A stretch of DNA of 64,000 bases from Alphaproteobacteria bacterium (GTDB lineage Bacteria; Pseudomonadota; Alphaproteobacteria; SMXQ01), in NCBI GenBank assembly GCA_046297835.1, contig JBKBHI010000002.1:7376-71375 (forward strand). Direction: 5' to 3'. Positions 7,575-16,714 of the stretch are shown piece after piece; within the stretch, counting starts at the first letter, position 1, and each line of letters opens with the position of its first letter. The notes below the pieces were generated by a model that made no database searches, was not told the DNA's origin, and was given only the letters and a program-made list of their open reading frames with translations. Position numbers and translations under genes: made by a program.

Positions 7575-10412
7575 ATGGACGATCTGCTGCAAGAATTTCT
7601 CACCGAGGCCGCCGAAAACCTGGCGATTCTCGACGTCGAGCTCGTCAAGTTCGAACGCGATCCGAACGACGTCGAAATTCTCAAGAACATCTTCCGCCTC
7701 GTGCACACGATCAAAGGCACCTGCGGCTTTCTCGGCCTGTCGCGCCTCGAATCGGTGGCCCACGCTGGCGAAAACGTGCTCGGCAAGTTCCGCGACGGCG
7801 AGCTGACCGTCACGCCGCCCGCCGTCACCCTGATCCTGCGCTGCCTCGATTGCATCCGCGGCATCCTCTCCGCGCTCGAAGACGCCGGTCAGGAGCCGGC
7901 CGGCGACGACGCCGCGCTGATCGCCGAACTGAACGCTCTCGCCGCCGGCGAAGCGCCCGCTCTGGCCGCCGCCGAGACGCCCGCTGATTCGAGCGCCACC
8001 GACGCGCTGAACGACGATCAGGGGCCAGTGCTCAACGAGCACGGCTTCCCGGTCGCCGCCGAACTGCTCGCCGAAGTCGCCCAGGCCCTCGCCGCCCAAG
8101 GCTTCCCCGCCGACGACGCCGATGCCGACCGCCGCGCCAAGGAAACCGCTGCCGAGGAGGCCATGCTCGCCATGATGGCGACGGAAGACGCCGCCGCGCC
8201 GGCGCAAGCCGCCGTTGCCGCCGCGCCGCCGCCGCCCGCGGCCGTCGCCGCGAGCGCGCCGGCCCCCGTCGGCGAACCCAAGGATTCCGCCGTCGCCGCC
8301 GCTTCGATCCGTGTCGGCGTCGAGATTCTCGAAAACCTGATGACGCTGGTCAGCGAGCTGGTGCTGACCCGCAACCAGCTGCTGCAGATGGTGCGCGGCC
8401 GCGAGGACAGCGAGTTCAAGACGCCGCTGCAACGCCTCAGCCTGATCACCACAGAGCTGCAGGAAGGCGTGATGAAGAGCCGCATGCAGCCGATCGGCAA
8501 CGCCTGGTCGAAGCTGCCGCGCATCGTCCGCGACCTGTCGGTCGAACTCGGCAAGAAGGTCGAGCTCGTCATGCAGGGCGCCGAGACCGAGCTCGACCGT
8601 CAGCTGCTCGAATTGATCAAAGACCCGCTCACCCACATGGTGCGCAATTCGGTCGATCACGGCCTGGAAGCCAGCAACCAGGACCGCCTCGCCGCCGGCA
8701 AGAGCGAGGTCGGCAAGATCACGCTGAAGGCCTACCATGAAGGCGGCCATATCATCATCTCGATCGCCGACGATGGCCGCGGCCTGAACGCCGAGAAGAT
8801 CCGCGCCAAGGCGCTGGCCAACGGCCTGGCGAGCGAAGCCGAGCTGCAGACGATGAGCGATCATCAGCTCTACCAGTTCATCTTCCGCGCCGGCTTCTCG
8901 ACCGCCGAGAAAGTCACCAACGTCTCGGGTCGCGGCGTCGGCATGGACGTGGTTCGCAGCAACATCGAGAAGATCGGCGGCACCATCGAGCTGCGCTCGG
9001 CGCCCGCCAAGGGCACGATTTTCACGATCAAGATCCCGCTGACCCTGGCCATCGTTTCGGCGCTCGTCGTCGAATGCGCCAAGCAGCGTTTCGCCATCCC
9101 GCAGATCAACGTGCTCGAACTGGTGCGCGCCTCGCGCAACAGCGAGGCCCGCATCGAGGAGATCAACCACTCGCCGGTGCTGCGCCTGCGCGACCGCCTG
9201 CTGCCGCTGGTCTCCCTCAACCGCCTCCTCAGGATCGAGGAGGACGGCGCGACGCTCGACGCGGACGAAAGCCGCTCGATCGTCATCGCCCAGGTCGGCA
9301 ACGTGAAGTTCGGCATGATCGTCGATCGCGTGTTCGATACGGAAGAAATCGTCGTCAAGCCGGTCTCGCCGCTGATGCGCAGCCTGACCGTCTATTCCGG
9401 CAACACCATTCTCGGCGACGGCAACGTCATCATGATCCTCGACCCGCACGGCATCGCCGACTCGCTCGGCAACGCGCAACTCGAAGAAACTCAAGCGGCG
9501 GAAACGGCCAAGCTGCACACCAGCGAGACCACCGCCTCGTTCCTGCTGTTCCGCGCCGGCGGCCAGGAGGTCAAGGCGATCCCGCTCGGCCTGGTCACGC
9601 GCATCGAGCGCGTGCCCGCAGCCAGCGCCGAATACACCCAGGGCCGCTACGTCGTGCAGTATCGCGACCACCTCATGCCGCTGGTGCCGTTCGACGAGAC
9701 CCAAGACTGGCAGAAGAACGAGACCTATTCGGTCCTGGTCTTCACCGAGAAGGACCGTTCGGTCGGCCTCGTCGTCGACGCCATCGTCGACATCGTCGAA
9801 GACCGCATGGACATCGCCCTGACCGCCAACCAGCCCGGCCTGCTCGGCAGCGCGGTGATCGCCGGCAAGGCGATCGACGTGATCGACGCCGGCCACTTCC
9901 TCACCCTCGGCTTCCACGACTGGTTCGGCGGAGTCGGCCACGGCGACGCCGCGCCGTCCGACCGCCGCGAGGTGCTGCTGGTCGACGACAGCCTGTTCTT
10001 CCGCAACCTGATGACGCCTTACCTCTCGGCCGCCGGCTGGAAAGTCACCGCCTGCAAAGACGCCGAGGAGGCGCTGAAGCTGCGCGAAACGGGGCGGAAA
10101 TTCTCGGTGATCGTCAGCGACATCGAGATGCCGGGGCTCGACGGCATGGAGTTCGCCCGCAACGTCAAGGCCGACCCGCGTTGGCGCGCGACGCCGTTCG
10201 TCGCCCTCTCGGCCCTCGCCACCCAGGGCATCGTCGAGAAGAGCTACGACGCCGGCTGCGACCACTACGTCGCCAAGTCGAACCGCGAGGAGCTGCTGCG
10301 CACCATGAACCAGGCGGTCGCCAACGCCGTCTCGATCGAAGTGCGCAACAGCCCGACGCCAGGCCCGCAGGCCGCCCATAACCTGCAGCCCGGCGCTTGG
10401 CGCGCCGCCTGA
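7575..10412 (+). CDS. cheA: chemotaxis histidine kinase CheA with fused C-terminal receiver domain (CheA-REC hybrid)
   Basis: HPt domain (LVHTIKGTCGFLGL), dimerisation and HATPase_c domains (DDGRGLN...GRGVGMDVVRSNIEKIGG), CheW-like domain, and a terminal REC (VLLVDDSLFFRNLM...IVSDIEMPGLDG). Confidence 0.9.
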   Translation: MDDLLQEFLTEAAENLAILDVELVKFERDPNDVEILKNIFRLVHTIKGTCGFLGLSRLESVAHAGENVLGKFRDGELTVTPPAVTLILRCLDCIRGILSALEDAGQEPAGDDAALIAELNALAAGEAPALAAAETPADSSATDALNDDQGPVLNEHGFPVAAELLAEVAQALAAQGFPADDADADRRAKETAAEEAMLAMMATEDAAAPAQAAVAAAPPPPAAVAASAPAPVGEPKDSAVAAASIRVGVEILENLMTLVSELVLTRNQLLQMVRGREDSEFKTPLQRLSLITTELQEGVMKSRMQPIGNAWSKLPRIVRDLSVELGKKVELVMQGAETELDRQLLELIKDPLTHMVRNSVDHGLEASNQDRLAAGKSEVGKITLKAYHEGGHIIISIADDGRGLNAEKIRAKALANGLASEAELQTMSDHQLYQFIFRAGFSTAEKVTNVSGRGVGMDVVRSNIEKIGGTIELRSAPAKGTIFTIKIPLTLAIVSALVVECAKQRFAIPQINVLELVRASRNSEARIEEINHSPVLRLRDRLLPLVSLNRLLRIEEDGATLDADESRSIVIAQVGNVKFGMIVDRVFDTEEIVVKPVSPLMRSLTVYSGNTILGDGNVIMILDPHGIADSLGNAQLEETQAAETAKLHTSETTASFLLFRAGGQEVKAIPLGLVTRIERVPAASAEYTQGRYVVQYRDHLMPLVPFDETQDWQKNETYSVLVFTEKDRSVGLVVDAIVDIVEDRMDIALTANQPGLLGSAVIAGKAIDVIDAGHFLTLGFHDWFGGVGHGDAAPSDRREVLLVDDSLFFRNLMTPYLSAAGWKVTACKDAEEALKLRETGRKFSVIVSDIEMPGLDGMEFARNVKADPRWRATPFVALSALATQGIVEKSYDAGCDHYVAKSNREELLRTMNQAVANAVSIEVRNSPTPGPQAAHNLQPGAWRAA

Positions 10413-10438
10413 GCCGATCCGAGCACGAGGACAGACCG

Positions 10439-10828
10439 ATGAACGCCGCGCCGCAAAACCTGACCTGCCTTCTGGTCGACGACTCCAGCACGATCCGCAC
10501 CATCGTGCGGCCGATGCTGATCAATCTCGGCTGCCGCGTCACCGAGGCGGCCGACGGCCAGCAGGCGCTCGACGCCTGCAAGAAGGAGCTGCCGGTCGCC
10601 ATCCTGCTCGACTGGAACATGCCGGTGATGAACGGCCTCGACTTCCTCAAGGCGCTGCGCGCGAGCCCCGGCGGCGACAAGCCGACCGTGATCTTCTGCA
10701 CCACCGAGAACGACATTTCTCGCATCACCGCCGCCATCGAAGCCGGCGCCAACGAATACATCATGAAGCCGTTCGACCAGGACATCTTGCGCAGCAAGTT
10801 CCTGCAGGTCGGCCTGATCGGCGAATAG
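10439..10828 (+). CDS. cheY: chemotaxis response regulator CheY
   Basis: Single receiver domain (LLVDDSSTIR...ILLDWNMPVMNG...YIMKPF). The ATG at 10439 is preceded by GAGGA. Confidence 0.85.
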   Translation: MNAAPQNLTCLLVDDSSTIRTIVRPMLINLGCRVTEAADGQQALDACKKELPVAILLDWNMPVMNGLDFLKALRASPGGDKPTVIFCTTENDISRITAAIEAGANEYIMKPFDQDILRSKFLQVGLIGE

Positions 10829-10866
10829 CCGACCGACCGCCCAGCAACGAACGGATCAGCATCCCG

Positions 10867-12018
10867 ATGGACCCCATGCCCACCGCCGCCGCCAAACTGC
10901 CGCCCGAGCGCTCGGCTCCCGCGAACAAAATCCGCGTGATGGTCGTCGACGACTCCGCCGTCATCCGCGGCCTCTTGCAGCGGATCATGGCGACCGACGC
11001 CGCCATCGAAGTGGTCGCGTCCGCCTCCAACGGGCAATCGGCCATCCAGATGCTGCGCACCCACGACATCCAAGTCGTCGTGCTCGATATCGAAATGCCG
11101 ATCATGGACGGGCTTTCCGCCCTGCCCCAGCTCCTCGAGATCGACCCCGACCTCAAGGTCATCGTCGCCTCGACCCTGACCCAGCGCAACGCCGAGATCA
11201 GCCTCAAGGCGCTCGAGCTCGGCGCGTCGGACTATCTGCCCAAGCCGACCAGCCCGCGCGAGATCAACGCCGACGGCGCGTTCCACCGCGAGCTGCTGTC
11301 GAAAATCCGCTCGCTCGCCAGCCGGCCGCGCCTGCTGCCGCGCCGCGCGCCCGCGGCGGCCGGCCAGACCGCCTCGTCCGCGCCGCGCGCCCTGCCGGCC
11401 AAACGGCCGGTCGTGCTGCGCAAGGCGACCGGGGCCGTGCCCGCCGTCCTCGCCATCGGCTCATCGACCGGCGGCCCGCAAGCCTTGTTCACCCTGCTGC
11501 GCGCCCTGCCCAAGACGCTCAGCGTGCCGGTGCTCATCACCCAGCACATGCCGCGCCTGTTCACCTCGATCCTGGCGCAACACATCACGCGCAACTGCGG
11601 CCAGACCTGCGCCGAGGGCGTCGACGGCGAGCTCGTGCAAAAGGGCCGCATCTATCTCGCGCCGGGCGATCGCCACATGATCGTCGAGGCCAAGGGCGGC
11701 AAACCCGCGATCCGCCTGACCGAAGACCCGCCCGAGAATTTCTGCCGCCCGTCGGTCGATCCGATGTTCCGCAGCCTGGCCGCCGTCTACGGCGCCAACG
11801 TGCTCGGCGTCATCCTCACCGGCATGGGCAGCGACGGGCTGAACGGCGGCAAGCAGCTGATCGCCGCCGGCGGCAACCTGCTCGCCCAGGACGAGGCCAC
11901 CAGCGTCGTCTGGGGCATGCCCGGCGCGGTCGCCACCGCCGGCCTGTGCGCCGCGGTGCTGCCGATCGCCGACATCGCGCCTCATGTCGCCAACCTTCTG
12001 CCCAAGGTGACGCCATGA
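10867..12018 (+). CDS. cheB: protein-glutamate methylesterase CheB
   Basis: N-terminal REC (VMVVDDSAVIRGLL) plus the CheB methylesterase catalytic domain (AIGSSTGGPQAL...ITQHMP...GMP). Confidence 0.9.
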   Translation: MDPMPTAAAKLPPERSAPANKIRVMVVDDSAVIRGLLQRIMATDAAIEVVASASNGQSAIQMLRTHDIQVVVLDIEMPIMDGLSALPQLLEIDPDLKVIVASTLTQRNAEISLKALELGASDYLPKPTSPREINADGAFHRELLSKIRSLASRPRLLPRRAPAAAGQTASSAPRALPAKRPVVLRKATGAVPAVLAIGSSTGGPQALFTLLRALPKTLSVPVLITQHMPRLFTSILAQHITRNCGQTCAEGVDGELVQKGRIYLAPGDRHMIVEAKGGKPAIRLTEDPPENFCRPSVDPMFRSLAAVYGANVLGVILTGMGSDGLNGGKQLIAAGGNLLAQDEATSVVWGMPGAVATAGLCAAVLPIADIAPHVANLLPKVTP

Positions 12019-12935
12019 ACGACAGCGAGCTCGATTTCATGGCCGCCCTGCTCAAGCAGAGTTCCGGCCTGATCGTCAGCAAGGACAAGGTCTATCTGCT
12101 GGAGAACCGCCTCGCGCCGATCGCGCGCCTGCACGGCTTCAGCGGCCTGACCACGCTCATCGAGGCGCTGCGCGGCAAGCCCGCCGCGGCGCTGGTCGAG
12201 GACGTCGTCGAAGCGATGACGACCAACGAATCCTTCTTCTTCCGCGACGGCAAGCCGTTCGACCTGTTCCGCGACAAAGTGCTGCCCGACCTGATCGCCA
12301 AGCGCGCCGGGACCAAGACCCTGCGCGTCTGGTGCGCGGCGGCTTCGACCGGTCAGGAACCCTACAGCCTGGCGATGATCCTGAAAGAGAAAGCCGCGCA
12401 GCTCGCCGGCTGGAAGATCCAGATCGTCGGCACCGATATCTCGCGCAAGGCGCTCGACCGCGCCAAAGCCGGCATCTACAGCCAGTTCGAAGTGCAGCGC
12501 GGCCTGCCGGTGCAGATGCTGGTCAAATATTTCGAGAAGCAGGGCGACGTCTGGCAGGTCAAGCCGGACATCCGCGCCATGGTCGAGTACCGCAACTTCA
12601 ACCTGCTGCACGACCTCAAGGCGCTCGGCCAGTTCGACGTCGTCTTCTGCCGCAACGTGCTGATCTATTTCGACCTGCCGACCAAGGAGCGCGTGCTCGA
12701 AGGCATCAGCAAGGTCATGACGGCGGACGGCTCGCTGTTCCTCGGCGGCGCCGAGACGGTGTTCGGCGTCAGCAACCTGTTCAAGCCGGCCGACGGCCTG
12801 CACGGCCTCTATTGCCGCGCCGCCGCGCCGGCCGTGACGTCCAGCGTCGCGCCGGCCGCGCCGCTCGCCGCACCGATCGCCGCCAAACCCGTTCTGCCCT
12901 TGCGCCCGCTCGCCGCCGGCGCGCGCGGCACCTGA
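12015..12935 (+). CDS. cheR: chemotaxis protein methyltransferase CheR
   Basis: CheR N- and SAM-binding domains (LRVWCAAASTGQEPYSLAMIL, VFCRNVLIYFD). Its ATG overlaps the cheB stop (ATGA). Confidence 0.85.
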   Translation: MNDSELDFMAALLKQSSGLIVSKDKVYLLENRLAPIARLHGFSGLTTLIEALRGKPAAALVEDVVEAMTTNESFFFRDGKPFDLFRDKVLPDLIAKRAGTKTLRVWCAAASTGQEPYSLAMILKEKAAQLAGWKIQIVGTDISRKALDRAKAGIYSQFEVQRGLPVQMLVKYFEKQGDVWQVKPDIRAMVEYRNFNLLHDLKALGQFDVVFCRNVLIYFDLPTKERVLEGISKVMTADGSLFLGGAETVFGVSNLFKPADGLHGLYCRAAAPAVTSSVAPAAPLAAPIAAKPVLPLRPLAAGARGT

Positions 12936-12985
12936 CACGACCGCCCCGCCATATCACGCCCGACACGAGAGACCAGGAGCCCACG

Positions 12986-13378
12986 ATGACCGTCAACCGC
13001 AACATCCGAATTTTGATCGTCGACGATTACGCGACGATGCTGCGCATCCTGCGCAACCTGCTCAAGCAGCTCGAGTTCGGCAACGTCGACGACGCGAGCG
13101 ACGGCGAGGCCGCACTGCTCAAGCTGCAGCAGAACGGCGGCAATTACGACCTGATCATCTCCGATTGGAACATGGCGCCGATGACCGGCATCGACTTCCT
13201 GAAGAAGGTGCGGGCCGACGACAAGTTCAAGCACATCCCCTTCATCATGGTGACGGCGGAGAGCAAGGCGGAGAACGTGGTCGCGGCCAAGCAGGCCGGC
13301 GTGTCGAACTACATCGTCAAGCCGTTCAACGCCGAAACCCTGAAAATGAAAATGTCGAGCGTGCTCGGCCCGCTCTGA
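12986..13378 (+). CDS. cheY: chemotaxis response regulator CheY (second copy)
   Basis: 130-aa receiver (ILIVDDYATMLRIL...IISDWNMAPMTG...YIVKPF). AGGAG RBS lies upstream of the ATG at 12986. The longer ORF in the track is a run-on artefact. Confidence 0.85.
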   Translation: MTVNRNIRILIVDDYATMLRILRNLLKQLEFGNVDDASDGEAALLKLQQNGGNYDLIISDWNMAPMTGIDFLKKVRADDKFKHIPFIMVTAESKAENVVAAKQAGVSNYIVKPFNAETLKMKMSSVLGPL

Positions 13379-13429
13379 GGCATTCGCCCGGACGGACAGA
13401 GCCCCGTAACCCAGTCATCGAGAACGGTC

Positions 13430-14011
13430 ATGGCGCAGAACAATTTGCAAATCGACGACGCCCACGACTATCTGCAGAAGGTCATCGAATCCCTGCGCGG
13501 CCTCGACCGCCGCGAGAAGGGGCCGATGGTCACCATCCTCGAATACATCTCCGGCTACATCCGCGAATCGCGCGAGGAGATCAAAGCCCTCCGCCATGAC
13601 GAGAACGGCGTGCCCATCGCCACCGCCGCCGACGAGCTCGAAGAGATCGTCAGCGAGGCGATGAACGCGACGAACCGGATCATGAGCGCCGCCGAGGCCA
13701 TCGAGGAGGTCGCCGGACAGGTGGGCGACGGCCCGGCTGACCGCTTGCGCCAGGAAGCGACCAACATCTACGAGGCCTGCACCTTCCAGGACATCACCGG
13801 CCAGCGCATCACCAAGGTGGTGCGCACGCTGCAGAGCATCGAGAAGCGTGTCAACGCGCTCGCGTTGGTTTGCGGCGCCGATCTCCACGTCGACAAGCCG
13901 GCGGACGAAAACAAGAAGAGCGACGACGAAAAGCTGCTCAACGGCCCAGCCCTCTCCGGCGGCGCCAAGACGCAGGACGAGATCGACGCGCTGTTCGACA
14001 GCCTGAACTGA
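13430..14011 (+). CDS. cheZ: CheZ-like CheY-P phosphatase
   Basis: Contains the catalytic-glutamine motif CTFQDITGQRI (compare E. coli CheZ FQDLTGQ), a helical body and an acidic C-terminal tail. Confidence 0.65.
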   Translation: MAQNNLQIDDAHDYLQKVIESLRGLDRREKGPMVTILEYISGYIRESREEIKALRHDENGVPIATAADELEEIVSEAMNATNRIMSAAEAIEEVAGQVGDGPADRLRQEATNIYEACTFQDITGQRITKVVRTLQSIEKRVNALALVCGADLHVDKPADENKKSDDEKLLNGPALSGGAKTQDEIDALFDSLN

Positions 14012-14025
14012 CAGGCGGGCGGGAC

Positions 14026-15084
14026 ATGCCCACGGCCGTCGTTCGCAGCGCCGCAGCGCGCTCGATCTTCGAGGCCGAGCGCGATGCCCTGCATATCCTG
14101 CCGCTGTCGATCGTACCGCTGCAGACCCAAGTGCTGAAGCATGCCCGGCTGATCAAGAACTCGCGTCTCGACACGGTCATCGAGCTGTTCGCCGACGACC
14201 ATTCCGGCAGCGGGCAGGTCGACGTCGCCAAGCTCGGCAAGCTGTTCGGCTGGCCGGACACGCCGCGGCATCCCGACTGGGCGCTGATCTGGAAGCTCGC
14301 CGGCATGACGAGCTTCGACGTCTACAGCCTGCGCATCCTGTTTCGCGAGCACGGCATTCCGCTCGCCGAAGGCTCGGCGCTACGGCTATCGCAGGAGAAG
14401 GTTCAGGAACTGTCGCCCTATATGGCGTCCTTCACGCGGCCGCTGCTGCAAGAGATTTTCGGCAACGACGAGATCCCCGTCGACGATTTCAACGACATGC
14501 TCGGCATGTTCCGCAATCCCGACGTGCGCAAAGTGCAGGAGCGCCTGCAGCTCATGTCGGACAAGCTCGGCATCGGCGTGCTCGACATCCCGAACTTCCT
14601 CGAGGATTACGCCGACATTTTCCTGTCGCTGTCCTACTACCGGCAATGCCTCGACGCCATCGTGCCCACGATCGACGACTTCCTAAACTCGATGGACGAC
14701 TTCAACAACTACATGCAGCTGCGCAACGACGAGAAGCTCATCATGTCGTGTCGCAACATCCGCGAGAAGATCAACGAATCGCTGTCGGCCATCACCGGCC
14801 GCTTCGAGAGCTTCGAGCGGAGCACCAAAGACATGTGGCGCGATCTCAGCGCCGAGCGCTTCCGCAAGCTGGAAAAGCACATCAAGAGCTACCACACCTC
14901 GACCGGGGGCGTGCTCTGCGCGCTCAGCGTCAAGATGCAGGCGTGGAACCGCAAATTCCCGGTGAAGAATGCCGGCAGCCCGACGCGGCGCGCCGAGTTC
15001 GTCATGTCCGAGATGCTGCAGGGCATCGACCGGATCGAGAAGATCGACGTCTCGACCCAGCTGCTCTCGGCGATCGACGCCTGA
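14026..15084 (+). CDS. hypothetical protein, terminal gene of the che operon (352 aa, no recognisable motif)
   Basis: The ORF is co-directional and tightly spaced (14 bp after cheZ). It is acidic and predicted helical, with no Walker, HTH, REC or CheC/X/D motifs visible. Confidence 0.6.
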   Translation: MPTAVVRSAAARSIFEAERDALHILPLSIVPLQTQVLKHARLIKNSRLDTVIELFADDHSGSGQVDVAKLGKLFGWPDTPRHPDWALIWKLAGMTSFDVYSLRILFREHGIPLAEGSALRLSQEKVQELSPYMASFTRPLLQEIFGNDEIPVDDFNDMLGMFRNPDVRKVQERLQLMSDKLGIGVLDIPNFLEDYADIFLSLSYYRQCLDAIVPTIDDFLNSMDDFNNYMQLRNDEKLIMSCRNIREKINESLSAITGRFESFERSTKDMWRDLSAERFRKLEKHIKSYHTSTGGVLCALSVKMQAWNRKFPVKNAGSPTRRAEFVMSEMLQGIDRIEKIDVSTQLLSAIDA

Positions 15085-15093
15085 CGGACGGCG

Positions 15094-15516
15094 CTACTTC
15101 GCGAATAGCTGCGACAGGTCGGCGAACGCCTTGAACTCCAGCGCGTTGCCCGCCGGATCGAGGAAGAACATCGTCGCCTGCTCGCCGACCTGGCCCTTGA
15201 AACGGATGGTCGGCTCGATCACGAATTTGACGCCGCCGGCGCGCAGCCGCTCGGCCAGCGCCTGCCAATCGCCCATCTCCAGCACGACGCCGAAGTGCGG
15301 CACCGGCACGTCATGCCCGTCGACCGGATTGTGGATTTTCTCGCCGGCCTTCTTGGCCGGATCCAGATGCGCGACGATCTGATGACCGAACAGGTCGAAA
15401 TCGATCCAGCTTTCGGAGCTGCGTCCCTCCGGACAGCGCATGACGCCGCCGTAAAAGCGGCGGGCGGCGGCGAGATCGTCGACGGGAAAGGCGATGTGGA
15501 ACGGACGCAGGCTCAT
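15094..15516 (-). CDS. VOC-family (glyoxalase/bleomycin-resistance fold) protein
   Basis: 140 aa from [22 protein letters not shown]..., a typical glyoxalase-I-like VOC signature. Confidence 0.7.
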   Translation of the reverse strand: MSLRPFHIAFPVDDLAAARRFYGGVMRCPEGRSSESWIDFDLFGHQIVAHLDPAKKAGEKIHNPVDGHDVPVPHFGVVLEMGDWQALAERLRAGGVKFVIEPTIRFKGQVGEQATMFFLDPAGNALEFKAFADLSQLFAK

Positions 15517-15695
15517 GGCTCTCTCCAAGAAGGGCCACCCCATAGGCGCTGGGTGGTTTGTCCGGCAGTTTAAGGCCCCCCGCCCCCTATGCCTATGGGC
15601 GGGGCAGCCGCCCACCTGCCGGGCAGCGGCGAAATTTCCGACTCGGCATGAGCCTGGCGCATGAATACTATCCTGTCATATTGGCTCCTGATGGG

Positions 15696-16709
15696 ATGTC
15701 TGCCGTGCCGCAAGCCTCGTCTTTACGCCGCCGTTTGCCGCCCTTGAGCTCGCTGCGCGCTTTCGAGGCGGCCGCGCGCCATATGAGTTTCAGTCATGCG
15801 GCGACGGAATTGAACGTCACCCAGGGGGCGATCAGCCGCCAGATCAAGACGCTGGAGGAGTACCTCGGCGTCACCCTGTTCCGCCGCCTGCCGCGCGCCC
15901 TGGAGCTGACCGACGACGGCCAGCAGTATCTCACCCACGTCCATCACGCCTTCGAGCAGCTCTACCGCGCCACCGAGGCGATCCTCGACGGCCGGCGCAC
16001 AGTGACGCTCAACGCCAACGTGCTGCCGACCTTCGCCATGCGCTGGCTGATCCCGCGCCTGCCGCAGTTCACCGCCGCACACCCGTCCATCGAGGTCCGC
16101 ATGGTCACTTCGATCAAGCCGGCCGACTTCCGCCTGGAGGACAACGACATCGCCATCCGCGTCGGCCCCGGCCTGCCCGGGCCCGAGGGTCGCGCGCCGT
16201 CGCCGATCGACATCGTCATGACCAACGACTGGTCCGACGTGCGCGCCGTGCCGCTGCTGCCGGACGAGCTGATCGTCGTCTGCGCGCCGCAGCTGATCGA
16301 CGGCGGCTCAACGTCCGGGCCGCCGATCCACGCGCCGGCCGATCTCGCGCGCCACACGCTGCTGTCCACCGCCTCGCGCGAAAAAGCCTGGACCTATTGG
16401 GCGCGCATGATGGGCCTCGGCGAGATCGAGCCCAAGGCCGCCGTCGCTTTCGGCCATTTCTTCATGACTGTGCAGGCCGCGGTCGAAGGCAAGGGCGTCG
16501 CCATCGTGCCGCGCATCCTGATCGAGAGCGAGCTGGAGTCGGGCACGCTGGTCACCCCGTTCGAGAACGCCAGCGTCGCCGCCGGCTCCTACTATCTGCT
16601 GTGCCGCGAAAGCCAATGGCAGACGCCGAAGGTCAGCAAATTCCGCGAATGGATCGTCGGCGAAGCGGCGCGGAATCAGCCCGGCGGCGATGCCGGAGCG
16701 AAATCCTAG
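15696..16709 (+). CDS. LysR-family transcriptional regulator (GcvA/AmpR-like)
   Basis: N-terminal wHTH (LSSLRAFEAAARHMSFSHAATELNVTQGAISRQIKTLEEYLGVTLF) plus a LysR substrate-binding domain. Divergent from the VOC gene. Confidence 0.85.
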   Translation: MSAVPQASSLRRRLPPLSSLRAFEAAARHMSFSHAATELNVTQGAISRQIKTLEEYLGVTLFRRLPRALELTDDGQQYLTHVHHAFEQLYRATEAILDGRRTVTLNANVLPTFAMRWLIPRLPQFTAAHPSIEVRMVTSIKPADFRLEDNDIAIRVGPGLPGPEGRAPSPIDIVMTNDWSDVRAVPLLPDELIVVCAPQLIDGGSTSGPPIHAPADLARHTLLSTASREKAWTYWARMMGLGEIEPKAAVAFGHFFMTVQAAVEGKGVAIVPRILIESELESGTLVTPFENASVAAGSYYLLCRESQWQTPKVSKFREWIVGEAARNQPGGDAGAKS

Positions 16710-16714
16710 CCGGC

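Noticed and set aside
7023-10379. 1118-aa minus-strand ORF
   Set aside because: It lies exactly antisense to cheA, which has clear HPt, HATPase, CheW and REC motifs. The composition is low-complexity Arg/Gly/Ala.
12332-13378. 348-aa ORF extending the second cheY far upstream
   Set aside because: The upstream part overlaps cheR in another frame. A receiver domain with an AGGAG RBS begins at 12986.
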